Source: Clostridia bacterium
GTDB taxonomy: Bacteria; Bacillota; Clostridia; Christensenellales; CAG-138
Direction: 5' to 3'
NCBI GenBank assembly: GCA_030533005.1
Contig: JAUNJX010000007.1
Span: 1,166-65,165 of the forward strand
Length of the DNA stretch: 64,000 nt
The first letter of the stretch is position 1. Every line of letters starts with the position of its first letter. Shown here one piece after another: positions 48,490 to 57,709 of the stretch. Made by a program: the position numbers and the translations under genes. The notes beneath the pieces are model-generated. The model ran no database searches and was not told where the DNA came from. It saw nothing but the letters and a program-made list of their open reading frames with translations.

Positions 48490-49446
48490 TCATTCCTCCG
48501 GCCCGTTGGTAGGCAGGTTTTTCAATCGGTCGCGCAGGTTGAAAACGCATTCCGCAATGCCCGTAAGGCAAAGCACAATGAGGCTGTAAGGGAAAAACAG
48601 GACATAGAGCACATAGCGCAGCGCCTGCCGCCCGCTAGACTGCCGGACGAACACGCGGGACATATACTCGCTGTAGCAAAACCCGTTCAGGGCAAATTCG
48701 CCCAGCAGGATCATTTCGATGGTAACGACGATGGCTCCTGCGTTTTTGAGGGACAGCAGCCGCACCGCGATCGCGCCCGCGACCAATATGCCAGCCCCCA
48801 TCAAGGATTCCTTTGTCAGCCGCCAGTCCCAAAGCTTTGCCATGGGTCTAAGCTTTGCGCCGCCCTTTAGGGCTATCCACCTTAAGAGCAGCACATCCGC
48901 AAAGGCATAGGCCATGGCGGTCGCCATGACGGTGATCATGGTCAATTGCGGCGTCATATCCAAAAGCACGGCGGAAAATGCCGGGGGCAGACTGTACCCC
49001 ACCACCTTGCCCATGGCCTCATAGAGTGTTAGCACCTGACCCGTCAGCTCCCGCATGGCGGCGTAAGCGTCCTCGCCCGCAAGCAGGGAGGGCAGGCAAA
49101 GCTCCAGATAATAGGCAACGGCAAAAAGCGCCGTCAGGCAGCCCACGGCGGAACGATATGGGCTTTGGTTTTTAAAAAGCAGTACGAGCGCCGCGGCGGC
49201 GGGCAGCAGCATAGCGATCGCATAAGGCGCCTGCACGCCCGTAACAAGACCCACGCCCGCACAGGCTGCGACAAAGGCCGCCACCGTATACATACCGCCC
49301 CAGCACAGCGCCACATACGCAAGCGCCACGGGCAAAAGCAGCAGCACAGGCACAAAAATGCCGCCCGCAGCGCCCCAAAGCCCCAAGGCGATTATGACCA
49401 GTATTCGTTTCATGGGTATGTTTGTTTCCAATTTTATATCCTTCAT
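48490..49446 (-). CDS. YybS / DUF2232 family membrane protein
   Basis: Polytopic hydrophobic protein directly upstream of gdpP, in the usual position. Confidence 0.75.
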   Translation of the reverse strand: MKDIKLETNIPMKRILVIIALGLWGAAGGIFVPVLLLLPVALAYVALCWGGMYTVAAFVAACAGVGLVTGVQAPYAIAMLLPAAAALVLLFKNQSPYRSAVGCLTALFAVAYYLELCLPSLLAGEDAYAAMRELTGQVLTLYEAMGKVVGYSLPPAFSAVLLDMTPQLTMITVMATAMAYAFADVLLLRWIALKGGAKLRPMAKLWDWRLTKESLMGAGILVAGAIAVRLLSLKNAGAIVVTIEMILLGEFALNGFCYSEYMSRVFVRQSSGRQALRYVLYVLFFPYSLIVLCLTGIAECVFNLRDRLKNLPTNGPEE

Positions 49447-49475
49447 CCTTTTCGGCTATTGTCTACACATATTTT

Positions 49476-49504
49476 ATTGTAGCGCAAGCGGGGGCAGATT
49501 ACAA
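49476..49504 (-). promoter_or_regulatory. Sigma-A promoter for yybS-gdpP-rplI-dnaB
   Basis: Minus strand TTGTAA, 17 nt, TACAAT. Confidence 0.6.
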
Positions 49505-49568
49505 CAAATTCGTACATGAACTCATGCGTACAGTATAAGCATAACTGTTTTAACGTAACCATAGCTTC

Positions 49569-49738
49569 GGGATTGTCAAGGGGCCGCGGCTCCTTGACTT
49601 CCAACCGCCCGAGGCGACATGTGCGGTGAGGGCGGAAGGCATTGTTTTGCAATGCCCTCTTTGCAATTTACAACGACCGTGAACGATAGGGAACAGTTGT
49701 AAATTGTAATCTCAGGCAAGGTCGCAGACCTTGCCTGA
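49569..49738 (-). repeat. Five-hairpin non-coding element, copy B
   Basis: Reverse complement aligns with 40977-41148, including the identical core GCCTTCCGCCCTCACCGCACATGTCGC, with compensatory stem changes. Confidence 0.85.
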
Positions 49739-49746
49739 AGAACGCA

Positions 49747-49772
49747 AAACAGCCGTCATAAGACGACTGTTT
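49747..49772 (-). terminator. Intrinsic terminator of rpsF-ssb-rpsR
   Basis: Minus strand AAACAGTCGTC-TTAT-GACGGCTGTTTT. Confidence 0.7.
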
Positions 49773-49809
49773 GACATTCTAACGTTCTTCTGTGAAGTGG
49801 ATTTTTGTT

Positions 49810-50055
49810 TTACTCTGCTACGTAGGGCAGCAGCGCCATAATGCGGGCGCGCTTGATGGCGATGGCCAGCTCGCGCTGGTGCCGTGCGCAAACGCCGCTC
49901 ATACGGCGGGGCATGATCTTGCCGGACTCGGTAACAAACTTGCGCAGCCTGCTCACGTCCTTATAATCGATATGCTCAACCTTATCTACGCAGAAGCCGC
50001 AAACCTTGCGGCGGCCCTTGCGGGGACGGGGTCTCATGTTTTTGCGTTCTTCCAT
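49810..50055 (-). CDS. rpsR: 30S ribosomal protein S18
   Basis: RKVCGFC...IDYKD...GKIMPRR...CARHQR...AIKRAR; zinc-binding form. Confidence 0.97.
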   Translation of the reverse strand: MEERKNMRPRPRKGRRKVCGFCVDKVEHIDYKDVSRLRKFVTESGKIMPRRMSGVCARHQRELAIAIKRARIMALLPYVAE

Positions 50056-50091
50056 GGTCAAACTCCTTTCTCGGTAATATAGCCCCGTTGT

Positions 50092-50514
50092 TTAGAACGG
50101 GAGCTGATCGTCCTCGATATCCGTGAAGCCTTCCGCCGCGGGCGGCGTGTTGCCGGCCGGGGCAGCTTCGTACGAGGGCGTGTAATTTCCGGAACCTTCG
50201 CGCGGCGTGAGGAATTCCACATCGTCCGCGATGATCTCCGTTACATAGCGTTTCGTACCGTCCTTGGCGTCGTAAGTGCGGGTCTGGATCTCACCGATCA
50301 CGGACACCTTGCGTCCCTTGGCAAGATACTTGGCACAATTTTCGCCCAAGCCGCGCCACGCAATGATGTTGAAGAAATCGGTCTCTCTTTCGCCCTGCTG
50401 GTTCGCCCTCCTGCGGTTGACCGCAATGGAAAACGAGCACACGCTTACGCCGTTGGGCGTGGTGCGCAGTTCGGGATCACGGGTCAGGTTGCCAATCAAT
50501 ATCGCTTTGTTCAT
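50092..50514 (-). CDS. ssb: Single-stranded DNA-binding protein
   Basis: MNKAILIGNLTRDPELR; C-terminal EDDQLPF. Confidence 0.97.
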   Translation of the reverse strand: MNKAILIGNLTRDPELRTTPNGVSVCSFSIAVNRRRANQQGERETDFFNIIAWRGLGENCAKYLAKGRKVSVIGEIQTRTYDAKDGTKRYVTEIIADDVEFLTPREGSGNYTPSYEAAPAGNTPPAAEGFTDIEDDQLPF

Positions 50515-50562
50515 CTTCCTTATCTTCCTTTCCCAACACGGTTCTATGCTTGTACGATGTGA

Positions 50563-50850
50563 TTACGCTTCGCGGCGCACGACCATGTAACGCATGATGT
50601 TCTCGTCGTTCTTGAAGTTACGCTCGAGCTCACGGGGGAGTTCGCTCGCCGCCTCAAAGTGCACGAGTACATAGTAACCTTCCGTCTTGTAATCGATGGG
50701 ATAGGCGAGCTTTTTCTTTCCCCACTCATCCGTCTTTTCGATCACACCGCCGTTGGTGGCGATGATGCCGGCAAACTTGTCGATAACGGCACGATTGGCC
50801 TCCTCCTCAAGTTCCGGCGTGATGACGTACATTACTTCGTATTTATTCAC
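50563..50850 (-). CDS. rpsF: 30S ribosomal protein S6
   Basis: GTG start; NKYEVMYVI...WGKKKLAYPI...EGYY; RBS AGGAGGTG. Confidence 0.96.
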   Translation of the reverse strand: MNKYEVMYVITPELEEEANRAVIDKFAGIIATNGGVIEKTDEWGKKKLAYPIDYKTEGYYVLVHFEAASELPRELERNFKNDENIMRYMVVRREA

Positions 50851-50855
50851 GCTTT

Positions 50856-50912
50856 TCACCTCCTTCTGGTCTAGTGGCCCCCCTTGGGGGGGCAAGAAGC
50901 ACGTTAGCTTTC
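50856..50912 (-). promoter_or_regulatory. S6:S18-binding autoregulatory leader of rpsF
   Basis: Minus strand CTTCTTGCCCCCCC-AA-GGGGGG-CCA-CTAGACCAGAAGGAGGTG: a hairpin with an unpaired CCR motif whose outer stem pairs with the SD. Confidence 0.7.
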
Positions 50913-50924
50913 CAATATTATCAC

Positions 50925-50952
50925 AAAAAAAAGCCCTTTGCAAGGGCTTTTT
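50925..50952 (-). terminator. Intrinsic terminator of gltX, overlapping the rpsF promoter
   Basis: AAAAAAAAGCCCTT-TGC-AAGGGCTTTTT. Confidence 0.75.
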
Positions 50953-50961
50953 ACGCTATTT

Positions 50962-52407
50962 TCAGTTCAGCTTTTCCCGACCCAGCCGCAAGCGCCGAAG
51001 CGTCTCCGCTTTACCCAGCAGCACGGCGATCTCGATGGCGCCGCCGGGGGTGACGGTCTTGCCCGCCATGGCGATGCGCACCGGCCATAAAAGCGTGCCG
51101 TTTTTCATGCCCTGCGCCTCCGCCATGCCGATGAGCAGGTCGTGGATGGCCGTTTCACTCCAATCCGCAAGCGCGTCCAGCGCCGGGATGACCTTATCCA
51201 GCACCTGTGCGGAAACCGCCGCGTCCGTCTTGGACTTTTTGTTGGTGAACAGCTCTATGTCATATTCGGGCAGCGCTGCAAGGAAATCCACCCGCTCGGG
51301 CAGATCCGCAAAGTATTCGACCCTGGGCTGCAAAATGCGGCAGAGCACGTCTTCGTCCATGCCGCCCACGCCCGCTTTTTCATACCATGGGCGGGCATGC
51401 GCCGTAAAAGCTTCCGGCGTAAGCCCGCGGATGTACTCGGCATTCATCCATGTAAGCTTGTTCACGTCGAATATGGCGGGGGATTTGCTCATGCCGGACA
51501 CGTCGAAGGCCTCGCAAAGCTCCTCCAGCGTGAAGAATTCCCGCTCGTCGCCCGGATTCCAGCCCAAGAGCGCCACATAATTGAGCAACGCTTCCTTTAA
51601 ATAGCCCTTGTCGATGAAATCCGCGTAGGACGCATCCCCGTCCCGCTTGGACAGCTTATGCTGCGCGTCCCGCATGATGGGGGTCATATGGATGTACTGC
51701 GGTATCTCCCAGCCAAACGCTTCATATAAAAGGTTGTATTTAGGCGTAGATGCAAGATACTCCATGCCCCGCATGACATGCGTGATCGCCATAAGGTGGT
51801 CATCCACGACGTTGGCGAAGTTATAAGTGGGCATGCCGTCCGCCTTGATGAGCACGTTGTCGTCCAGCTCGCTGTTGTTGACGGTGATGGTGCCGAAAAT
51901 GAGGTCGGTAAAGCTGGTCGTCCCTTCGGTGGGCACATTCTGGCGGATGACATAGGGCTGCCCCTCCGCCATGCGCCGCTGCTGCTCCGATTCGCTCATG
52001 TGCAGGCAGTGCTTATCGTACTTGAAGGTTTCGCCCTTGGCGGTGGCTGCGGCGCGGCGCGCGTCCAGCTCCTCCTTGGTGCAAAAGCACCGATAGGCAT
52101 GACCGCTTTGGATCAGCTGCTCGGCGTAGGGCATATACATGCGCTTTCGCTCGCTTTGGACATACGGGCCGTAATCGCCGCCTATGTCCGGGCCCTCGTC
52201 CCAGTTCATGCCCACGTCCTTGAGCGTGCGATAGATCAGCTCCGTCGCGCCCTCGATGAATCGCTCCTGATCCGTATCCTCGATGCGCAGCAGAAATTTA
52301 CCGTGGTTGTGTTTGGCAAAAAGATAGGCGTACAAGCCGCTTCTAAGATTGCCTATGTGCATATACCCCGTAGGCGACGGGGCAAATCTCGTCCTTACTT
52401 CCTTCAT
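50962..52407 (-). CDS. gltX: Glutamate--tRNA ligase
   Basis: RTRFAPSPTGYMHIG, RIEDTD, KLSKR. Confidence 0.96.
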   Translation of the reverse strand: MKEVRTRFAPSPTGYMHIGNLRSGLYAYLFAKHNHGKFLLRIEDTDQERFIEGATELIYRTLKDVGMNWDEGPDIGGDYGPYVQSERKRMYMPYAEQLIQSGHAYRCFCTKEELDARRAAATAKGETFKYDKHCLHMSESEQQRRMAEGQPYVIRQNVPTEGTTSFTDLIFGTITVNNSELDDNVLIKADGMPTYNFANVVDDHLMAITHVMRGMEYLASTPKYNLLYEAFGWEIPQYIHMTPIMRDAQHKLSKRDGDASYADFIDKGYLKEALLNYVALLGWNPGDEREFFTLEELCEAFDVSGMSKSPAIFDVNKLTWMNAEYIRGLTPEAFTAHARPWYEKAGVGGMDEDVLCRILQPRVEYFADLPERVDFLAALPEYDIELFTNKKSKTDAAVSAQVLDKVIPALDALADWSETAIHDLLIGMAEAQGMKNGTLLWPVRIAMAGKTVTPGGAIEIAVLLGKAETLRRLRLGREKLN

Positions 52408-52471
52408 CGGTTCTCCCTTACTGTCTCCCTGTTTGTCTGTCCGTGCAGCGCACACGCACGATTATGAATCG

Positions 52472-54121
52472 CTAATTCGCCTTAAAGCTGTCCTTCAAGC
52501 CCACCGCGCGGTTGAACACGGGCTTTTCCTTTGTATAATCCAAATCGGCACAGAAATAGCCCACCCGCATGAACTGCGCGCGATACCCCGGCTGCACCGC
52601 CGCGAGCGCGGGCTCCACAAAGCCCTGCCGCACGATGAGGGAATCGGCGTTGAAGCGCTCCACGAAGTCAAGCTCCGCGTTTTCCTCGTTCACGTCCTGC
52701 ATCATGGGCTCATAAAGGCGGAATTCTGCGGGCACGGCGTCCGCGCAGCTTACCCAGTGGATGGTGCCCTTGATCTTGCGCTCGCACTCGCCGCCCTTGG
52801 TTTCGGGGTCGTAGGTGCAATACACCGTCGTCACGTTGCCCTCTGCGTCCGTTTCATAGCGCGTGCACTTGACGACATACGCGCCCTTTAAACGCACCTC
52901 GCCGTCCGGCTTGAGGCGGAAATACTTCTTAGGGGGATCATAGGAGAAATCCTCCCGCTCGATATAAAGGTCTCTGCCAAAGCGCACGGTGCGCGTTTCT
53001 TCGCTGCCGGGCAGGTTTTCGACCTGCACGTCCTCGAATTTTCCCGCCTCCCAGTTCTCGATCACGACCTTGATGGGGTCTAGCACCGCCATCATGCGGG
53101 GCGCATGGGCGTTGAGATCCTCCCTAAGGCAATGCTCGAGCATGGCGCTGTCCACCACGGAATCCGCTTTCGCCACACCCACGCGGGTGAGGAAATCCTT
53201 GATGGCCTCCGGCGTGTAGCCCCGGCGGCGCAGGGCGCAAAGCGTGGGCATGCGCGGATCGTCCCAGCCCGAAACATAGCCCTCCTCCACCAAACGGCGC
53301 AGGTAGCGCTTGCTCATGATGGTGTTGGTAAGATTTAATCTGGCAAACTCGATCTGGCGGGGCTTATGCTCGAATTCGCACTGCTCCACCACCCAGTTGT
53401 ACAGGGGTCTGTGCGCCTCGTATTCCAAGGAGCACAGGGAATGGGTCACGCCCTCGATGGCGTCCTGAATGGGATGCGCAAAATCGTACATGGGATAGAT
53501 GCACCACTTGTCCCCCGTGTGATGATGGGACATGTGGATGATGCGATACATCGCGGGGTCGCGCATGTTCATGTTGGGGGAGGCCATATCGATCTTGGCG
53601 CGAAGGGTGCGGGAGCCGTCGGGGAATTCGCCGTTCTTCATGCGCGCAAACAGATCGAGATTCTCCTCGACGCTCCGCTCCCGCCAGGGGCTGTTCTTGC
53701 CCGGCTCCGTAAGCGTGCCGCGATATTCGCGCATCTGATCCTTATCCAAATCGCAAACGTAGGCCACGCCCTTTTTGATGAGCTTGACCGCCAGATCGTA
53801 GCAGGTATCAAAATAGTCGCTGCCGTAGAACACGTTGTCCCAATGGAAGCCCAGCCACGCGATATCCTCCTGAATGGCGTCCACAAACTCCTCGTCCTCT
53901 TTGGTAGGATTCGTGTCGTCATAGCGCAGGTTGCACTTGCCGCCGTACTTCTCCGCCATGGAAAAGTCGATGAACAGCGCCTTGGCGTGGCCTATATGCA
54001 AATAACCGTTAGGCTCTGGCGGGAACCGCGTTTGGATGCGGTTTTCCTTGGTCGCCATATCCTCCTCGATAAAAGCCTCGATAAAGTTTTTCGTGGTGCG
54101 TGCTTCTTCCATTGTTGGCAT
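52472..54121 (-). CDS. glnS: Glutamine--tRNA ligase (start uncertain, 54112-54142)
   Basis: TRFPPEPNGYLHIGHAK, YPMYDFAH, MSKR, WDDPRMPTL, QFMRVGYF. Confidence 0.95.
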   Translation of the reverse strand: MPTMEEARTTKNFIEAFIEEDMATKENRIQTRFPPEPNGYLHIGHAKALFIDFSMAEKYGGKCNLRYDDTNPTKEDEEFVDAIQEDIAWLGFHWDNVFYGSDYFDTCYDLAVKLIKKGVAYVCDLDKDQMREYRGTLTEPGKNSPWRERSVEENLDLFARMKNGEFPDGSRTLRAKIDMASPNMNMRDPAMYRIIHMSHHHTGDKWCIYPMYDFAHPIQDAIEGVTHSLCSLEYEAHRPLYNWVVEQCEFEHKPRQIEFARLNLTNTIMSKRYLRRLVEEGYVSGWDDPRMPTLCALRRRGYTPEAIKDFLTRVGVAKADSVVDSAMLEHCLREDLNAHAPRMMAVLDPIKVVIENWEAGKFEDVQVENLPGSEETRTVRFGRDLYIEREDFSYDPPKKYFRLKPDGEVRLKGAYVVKCTRYETDAEGNVTTVYCTYDPETKGGECERKIKGTIHWVSCADAVPAEFRLYEPMMQDVNEENAELDFVERFNADSLIVRQGFVEPALAAVQPGYRAQFMRVGYFCADLDYTKEKPVFNRAVGLKDSFKAN

Positions 54122-54189
54122 CCTCTTTTCTTCCAATATCACGTCAGTTTATTATCGTTAATCTTCCTGCTTCTGTCAAGAAAAACGCG

Positions 54190-54705
54190 CTAATCTTCTT
54201 CGGTTTCGGCGGGTATATCCAAGATGCGCACGGTGTTGCCCGTGCTTTTGATAAACTTCATCAGATCCCCACCCGTGATCGCCAGCGAAGCCGTGGATAC
54301 GCACGGGTGCACGCAGACCATGGGAAACTGCGCTACCTCCGAATCCACCACCACCGTCACGTCCTTGGCGTTGGGGCACAACAGACCCAGCGCCGTCACG
54401 CTGCCCGGCAATAAGCCAAGCTTGTCCATGAGCTGCTCCGCGTCGCAAAAGGACAGGCGGGACACGCCAAGGAGCTTTGACACCACGGCGGTCTTGAACT
54501 TCTTGTCGCCGCGGATGAGCACGAGATAAAAATCCGTTTTCTGCCTGTTGCACAGGAAAAGGTTCTTGCAGTGGCGCGCGCCCACGTCCGCGCCGATATC
54601 CGTGCAGTCCTCCATGGTCAGCGCACAGGCGTGCTCATAGCGCTTATAGGGTATGGCAAGACTATCCAATGCGGCCAGCGCCGGTCTTTCCCTCTCGTCG
54701 ATCAT
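54190..54705 (-). CDS. ProX/PrdX-type aminoacyl-tRNA deacylase (YbaK superfamily)
   Basis: KNLFL, RLSF, LGLLPGSVTALGL, HP motif. Confidence 0.85.
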   Translation of the reverse strand: MIDERERPALAALDSLAIPYKRYEHACALTMEDCTDIGADVGARHCKNLFLCNRQKTDFYLVLIRGDKKFKTAVVSKLLGVSRLSFCDAEQLMDKLGLLPGSVTALGLLCPNAKDVTVVVDSEVAQFPMVCVHPCVSTASLAITGGDLMKFIKSTGNTVRILDIPAETEED

Positions 54706-54794
54706 ACAAAAATCCCCCCTCCAAAATTCTTAATTATTAGCATATGACAAAAAACTGCATTTTCCCGTGCCGCAAATTAGCATATTCCAGTAAC

Positions 54795-55274
54795 TTATTT
54801 GTGATAGGGCTCGTTGCGAAGGATTTTAAAGCACCTGTAAATCTGCTCCAGCAGCATCAGCCGGAATATCTGGTGGGAAAAGGTATTCTTTCCAAAGCAA
54901 AGCGCATAGTCCGCCCGCCGCAACGCCGCCTGCGACAGCCCCAGCGACCCGCCGATCAGAAAAACGACGCTGCTTTTTCCCTCGTTCATGCGATCCTGCA
55001 AAAAGTCCGCCATCTCGTCGCTTGCAAGCGCCTTGCCGCCCAAGTCCATGGCGATCACATAATCGCCCGGCTGAATGCGCTCGAGCATCCGCGCGCCCTC
55101 CGCGTCCTTGACCTGCTGTTTTTGCGCGTCTGACATGCTCTCGGGCGCTTTTTCATCCGCCACCTCGAGCACCTTCGTTTGCGCATAGCGGGACAGGCGC
55201 TTTACAAACTCCGCGCATGCGTCCGCATAATATTTTTCCTTCAGCTTGCCTACGCAGATCACCGTAATATTCAC
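54795..55274 (-). CDS. rlmH: 23S rRNA (pseudouridine1915-N3)-methyltransferase
   Basis: VGKLKEKY, IGGSLG, LLEQIYR, EPYHK. Confidence 0.96.
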   Translation of the reverse strand: MNITVICVGKLKEKYYADACAEFVKRLSRYAQTKVLEVADEKAPESMSDAQKQQVKDAEGARMLERIQPGDYVIAMDLGGKALASDEMADFLQDRMNEGKSSVVFLIGGSLGLSQAALRRADYALCFGKNTFSHQIFRLMLLEQIYRCFKILRNEPYHK

Positions 55275-56056
55275 AGCACGAACACCCCCGTAATGCGATC
55301 CCGGTGCGCCACCGTCAGCTTGAATTCCTCATCGGGTATATCCTCCATGCGCAATTCGCTGCGCACGGTCTCCATGGCAAGCTGCTCATAGTTGTTTTCC
55401 TTGGATAAATGCCCCAATATGGCGCAGCGCACGCCGCGCTTATAGAGCTTGCAGAGCGTTTTGCCGCAGTTTTCGTTGGATAAATGCCCCTGATCGCTCA
55501 GAATGCGCCGTTTGAGCGGATACGGATAAGGACCGACCTTGAGCATTTCCTCGTCATGGTTGGATTCGATCAAAAGAAGGTCGCTTCCTTCCACCGCGTC
55601 CAGCAGTCCCTCGTGGATATAGCCTACGTCCGTCATGACGGAGGCGCACCGTCCCTCCGCGCTGAAGCAATAGCCCACGGGCTCCCGCGCGTCGTGCGGC
55701 GTTGCGAAGGGCTGCACGAGCAGCTTGTCCACAAAAAAAGACCGCCCCGTTTCAAACATGCGCATATTGCAAAGCGCGATGGGTCCAACGTCCGCCTGCA
55801 TGCCCGCCCATGTGCCGGCGTTGGCGTACACGGGCAGGTTCAGCTTACGCGAAAGCACGCCCACGCCGCGCGTGTGGTCGGTATGCTCATGCGTCACAAG
55901 AATGCCGGTAAGCGTTTCGGGCAGCACGCCCGCGGCCGAAAGCGCGCCTTCGATGGTGCGCCCCGGCAGGCCGGCGTCCACCAATAAGCGCACGCCGTCC
56001 GCCTCAATGAGTATGCAATTGCCGGAGGAGCCGGAAAACAATGGGATCAGGCGCAT
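55271..56056 (-). CDS. MBL-fold metallohydrolase (YycJ/WalJ-like)
   Basis: SGSSGN, THEHTDH, ESNHD, GHLSN, GHLSKENN. Confidence 0.88.
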   Translation of the reverse strand: MRLIPLFSGSSGNCILIEADGVRLLVDAGLPGRTIEGALSAAGVLPETLTGILVTHEHTDHTRGVGVLSRKLNLPVYANAGTWAGMQADVGPIALCNMRMFETGRSFFVDKLLVQPFATPHDAREPVGYCFSAEGRCASVMTDVGYIHEGLLDAVEGSDLLLIESNHDEEMLKVGPYPYPLKRRILSDQGHLSNENCGKTLCKLYKRGVRCAILGHLSKENNYEQLAMETVRSELRMEDIPDEEFKLTVAHRDRITGVFVL

Positions 56057-56065
56057 AGAATCACG

Positions 56066-56638
56066 CTACATCGCAAACACGATACCCGCCACGGCAGCAA
56101 GGCCGATATAGGCGAGAGGGTGCAGGTCCTTCTTTTTATATTTGAGCCAATAGGAAAGCCCCAGCAGCACAAGCAGCAGCACTGCGGGCTTTAGCAGCGC
56201 CGGGGAAAACGCGGCAGCCGCCTGCACGGGTGCGATCACCGCCATTTGCAGCACGGACCAGCCCGCCGCCGCGATCAGCCCCGTCACCGCCGGGCGAAGA
56301 CCCGCAAACGTGTCGTTGACGAGCTTGCTTTCCTTGTATTTCTGCAAAAAGCCGAAGATGATGCAAATGATGATATAGCTTGGCAGGATGAGCGCGAGGG
56401 TCGCCGTAAGCGCGCCGGGAATGCCCGCCGTTTTAAAGCCTACATAAGTCGCGCAGTTGACGCCGATAGGCCCGGGCGTGCTCTCGCCCACGGCGATCAT
56501 GTCCGCAAGCTCCGTGAGCGTAAACCATCCGCGTTTATTGGAGATATCCGTCAAAAAGGGAATGGTGGCCAAGCCCCCGCCCACGGCGAACAGGCCGGCC
56601 TTAAAGAACTCGTAGAAAAGCAGAAACAGCGTATTCAT
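56066..56638 (-). CDS. Short-chain chromate transporter (CHR) subunit
   Basis: FFKAGLFAVGGG, ESTPGPIGVNCATYVG. Confidence 0.88.
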   Translation of the reverse strand: MNTLFLLFYEFFKAGLFAVGGGLATIPFLTDISNKRGWFTLTELADMIAVGESTPGPIGVNCATYVGFKTAGIPGALTATLALILPSYIIICIIFGFLQKYKESKLVNDTFAGLRPAVTGLIAAAGWSVLQMAVIAPVQAAAAFSPALLKPAVLLLVLLGLSYWLKYKKKDLHPLAYIGLAAVAGIVFAM

Positions 56639-57189
56639 GCCTGTTTCCCCCATCTTCCCCGTCCGACGCCCACAAGCGCCGCGCCCAGCACCACATAGAC
56701 GGGTGAAAGCTTGAAAAGCGCCACGCAAACGAACGCAGCGACGCACAGGGCGATATCCCAGCCGTTTTTGACGCTGCTTTTGTACAGCTTCACCACGGCG
56801 TTAAAAATGAGCACCGCCACCGCTACGCGAATACCCGCAAACGCATGCTGCACCGCGGGGATGTGCGCGAAATTGGCAAGCAGGGAGGCGATCACCAATA
56901 TAATAAGGATACTGGGGGTGACGACGCCCAGCGTCGCAACCGCCGCACCCAAAATACCCCGCTGCGAGCAGCCCACGAAGGTGGCCGTGTTCACCGCGAT
57001 CACGCCCGGCGTGCATTGGCCGATGGCGAAGAAATTCAGCAGCTCCTCCTGCTTGACCCAAGGATGCTTCTGCACGCACTCCCTCTCCAGCATGGGCAGC
57101 ATCGCATAGCCGCCGCCGAAGGTGAACGCGCCAATGCGGAAAAAGGCCGTATACAGTTCCCAAAGGGACGTTGTTTTCTTATCTTCCAT
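56635..57189 (-). CDS. Short-chain chromate transporter (CHR) subunit
   Basis: FFRIGAFTFGGGYAM, QCTPGVIAVNTATFVG. Confidence 0.88.
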   Translation of the reverse strand: MEDKKTTSLWELYTAFFRIGAFTFGGGYAMLPMLERECVQKHPWVKQEELLNFFAIGQCTPGVIAVNTATFVGCSQRGILGAAVATLGVVTPSILIILVIASLLANFAHIPAVQHAFAGIRVAVAVLIFNAVVKLYKSSVKNGWDIALCVAAFVCVALFKLSPVYVVLGAALVGVGRGRWGKQA

Positions 57190-57240
57190 AGTGTAGTATT
57201 ATAACAAAGAAAGCACAAAAATGCCATGGGGGAATACGAT

Positions 57241-57627
57241 ATGTTGGAAATCGGCCTGAAAGGCTGCGCGCAAACCACCGTCGGCACGGAAAACATCGCC
57301 TCAACCTATTCCTCGGGCTCGCTGCCCGTGTTTGCCACCCCTGCCATGCTCGCGCTGATGGAACAGGCGGCGCACACATGCGTGCAGCCCTATCTTGAGG
57401 AAGGGCAGGGCACCGTAGGCACGCTGCTCAACGTAAAACACCTTGCCGCCACACCGCTAGGCATGGGCGTGCGCGCGGAGTGCGAGCTGATCGAAGTGGA
57501 TCGCCGCCGCCTCGTTTTTACCGTTTGCGCCTATGACGACGTAGAGCGCATCGGCGAGGGCGTGCACGAGCGCTTCATCATCGACGACAGCCGTTTTATG
57601 GAAAAGGCGCGCACGAAGATCAAATAG
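57241..57627 (+). CDS. FlK-like hotdog-fold thioesterase
   Basis: VFATPAMLALME, TVGT..NVKHLAATPLG, IGEGVHER. Confidence 0.85.
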   Translation: MLEIGLKGCAQTTVGTENIASTYSSGSLPVFATPAMLALMEQAAHTCVQPYLEEGQGTVGTLLNVKHLAATPLGMGVRAECELIEVDRRRLVFTVCAYDDVERIGEGVHERFIIDDSRFMEKARTKIK

Positions 57628-57653
57628 CGTCTGCCACGCACAGGATCGCACAG

Positions 57654-57690
57654 AAAAAAACAAGGCCGCCAACCGGCGGTCTTGTTTTTT
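57654..57690. terminator. Bidirectional intrinsic terminator
   Basis: AAAAAAACAAGGCCGCC-AACC-GGCGGTCTTGTTTTTT. Confidence 0.85.
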
Positions 57691-57709
57691 GTGTTTGCTG
57701 GACGTTTGT

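Noticed and set aside
49552-49579. Outward promoter supplied by the TTGACA in hairpin H5 of repeat copy B
   Set aside because: Only a weak TACGTT at 16-nt spacing; a better native promoter exists at 49476-49504, and copy A has TTAACA instead.
49443-49652. Small ORFs overlapping the repeat copies (49443-49652, 41138-41374, 31681-31950)
   Set aside because: The reading frames are not shared between copies, and the substitutions preserve base pairing rather than codons.
54760-54815. rlmH 3' end as an occupied SCC-like integration site
   Set aside because: No recombinase, no duplicated att sequence and no foreign DNA; the next gene is a housekeeping deacylase.
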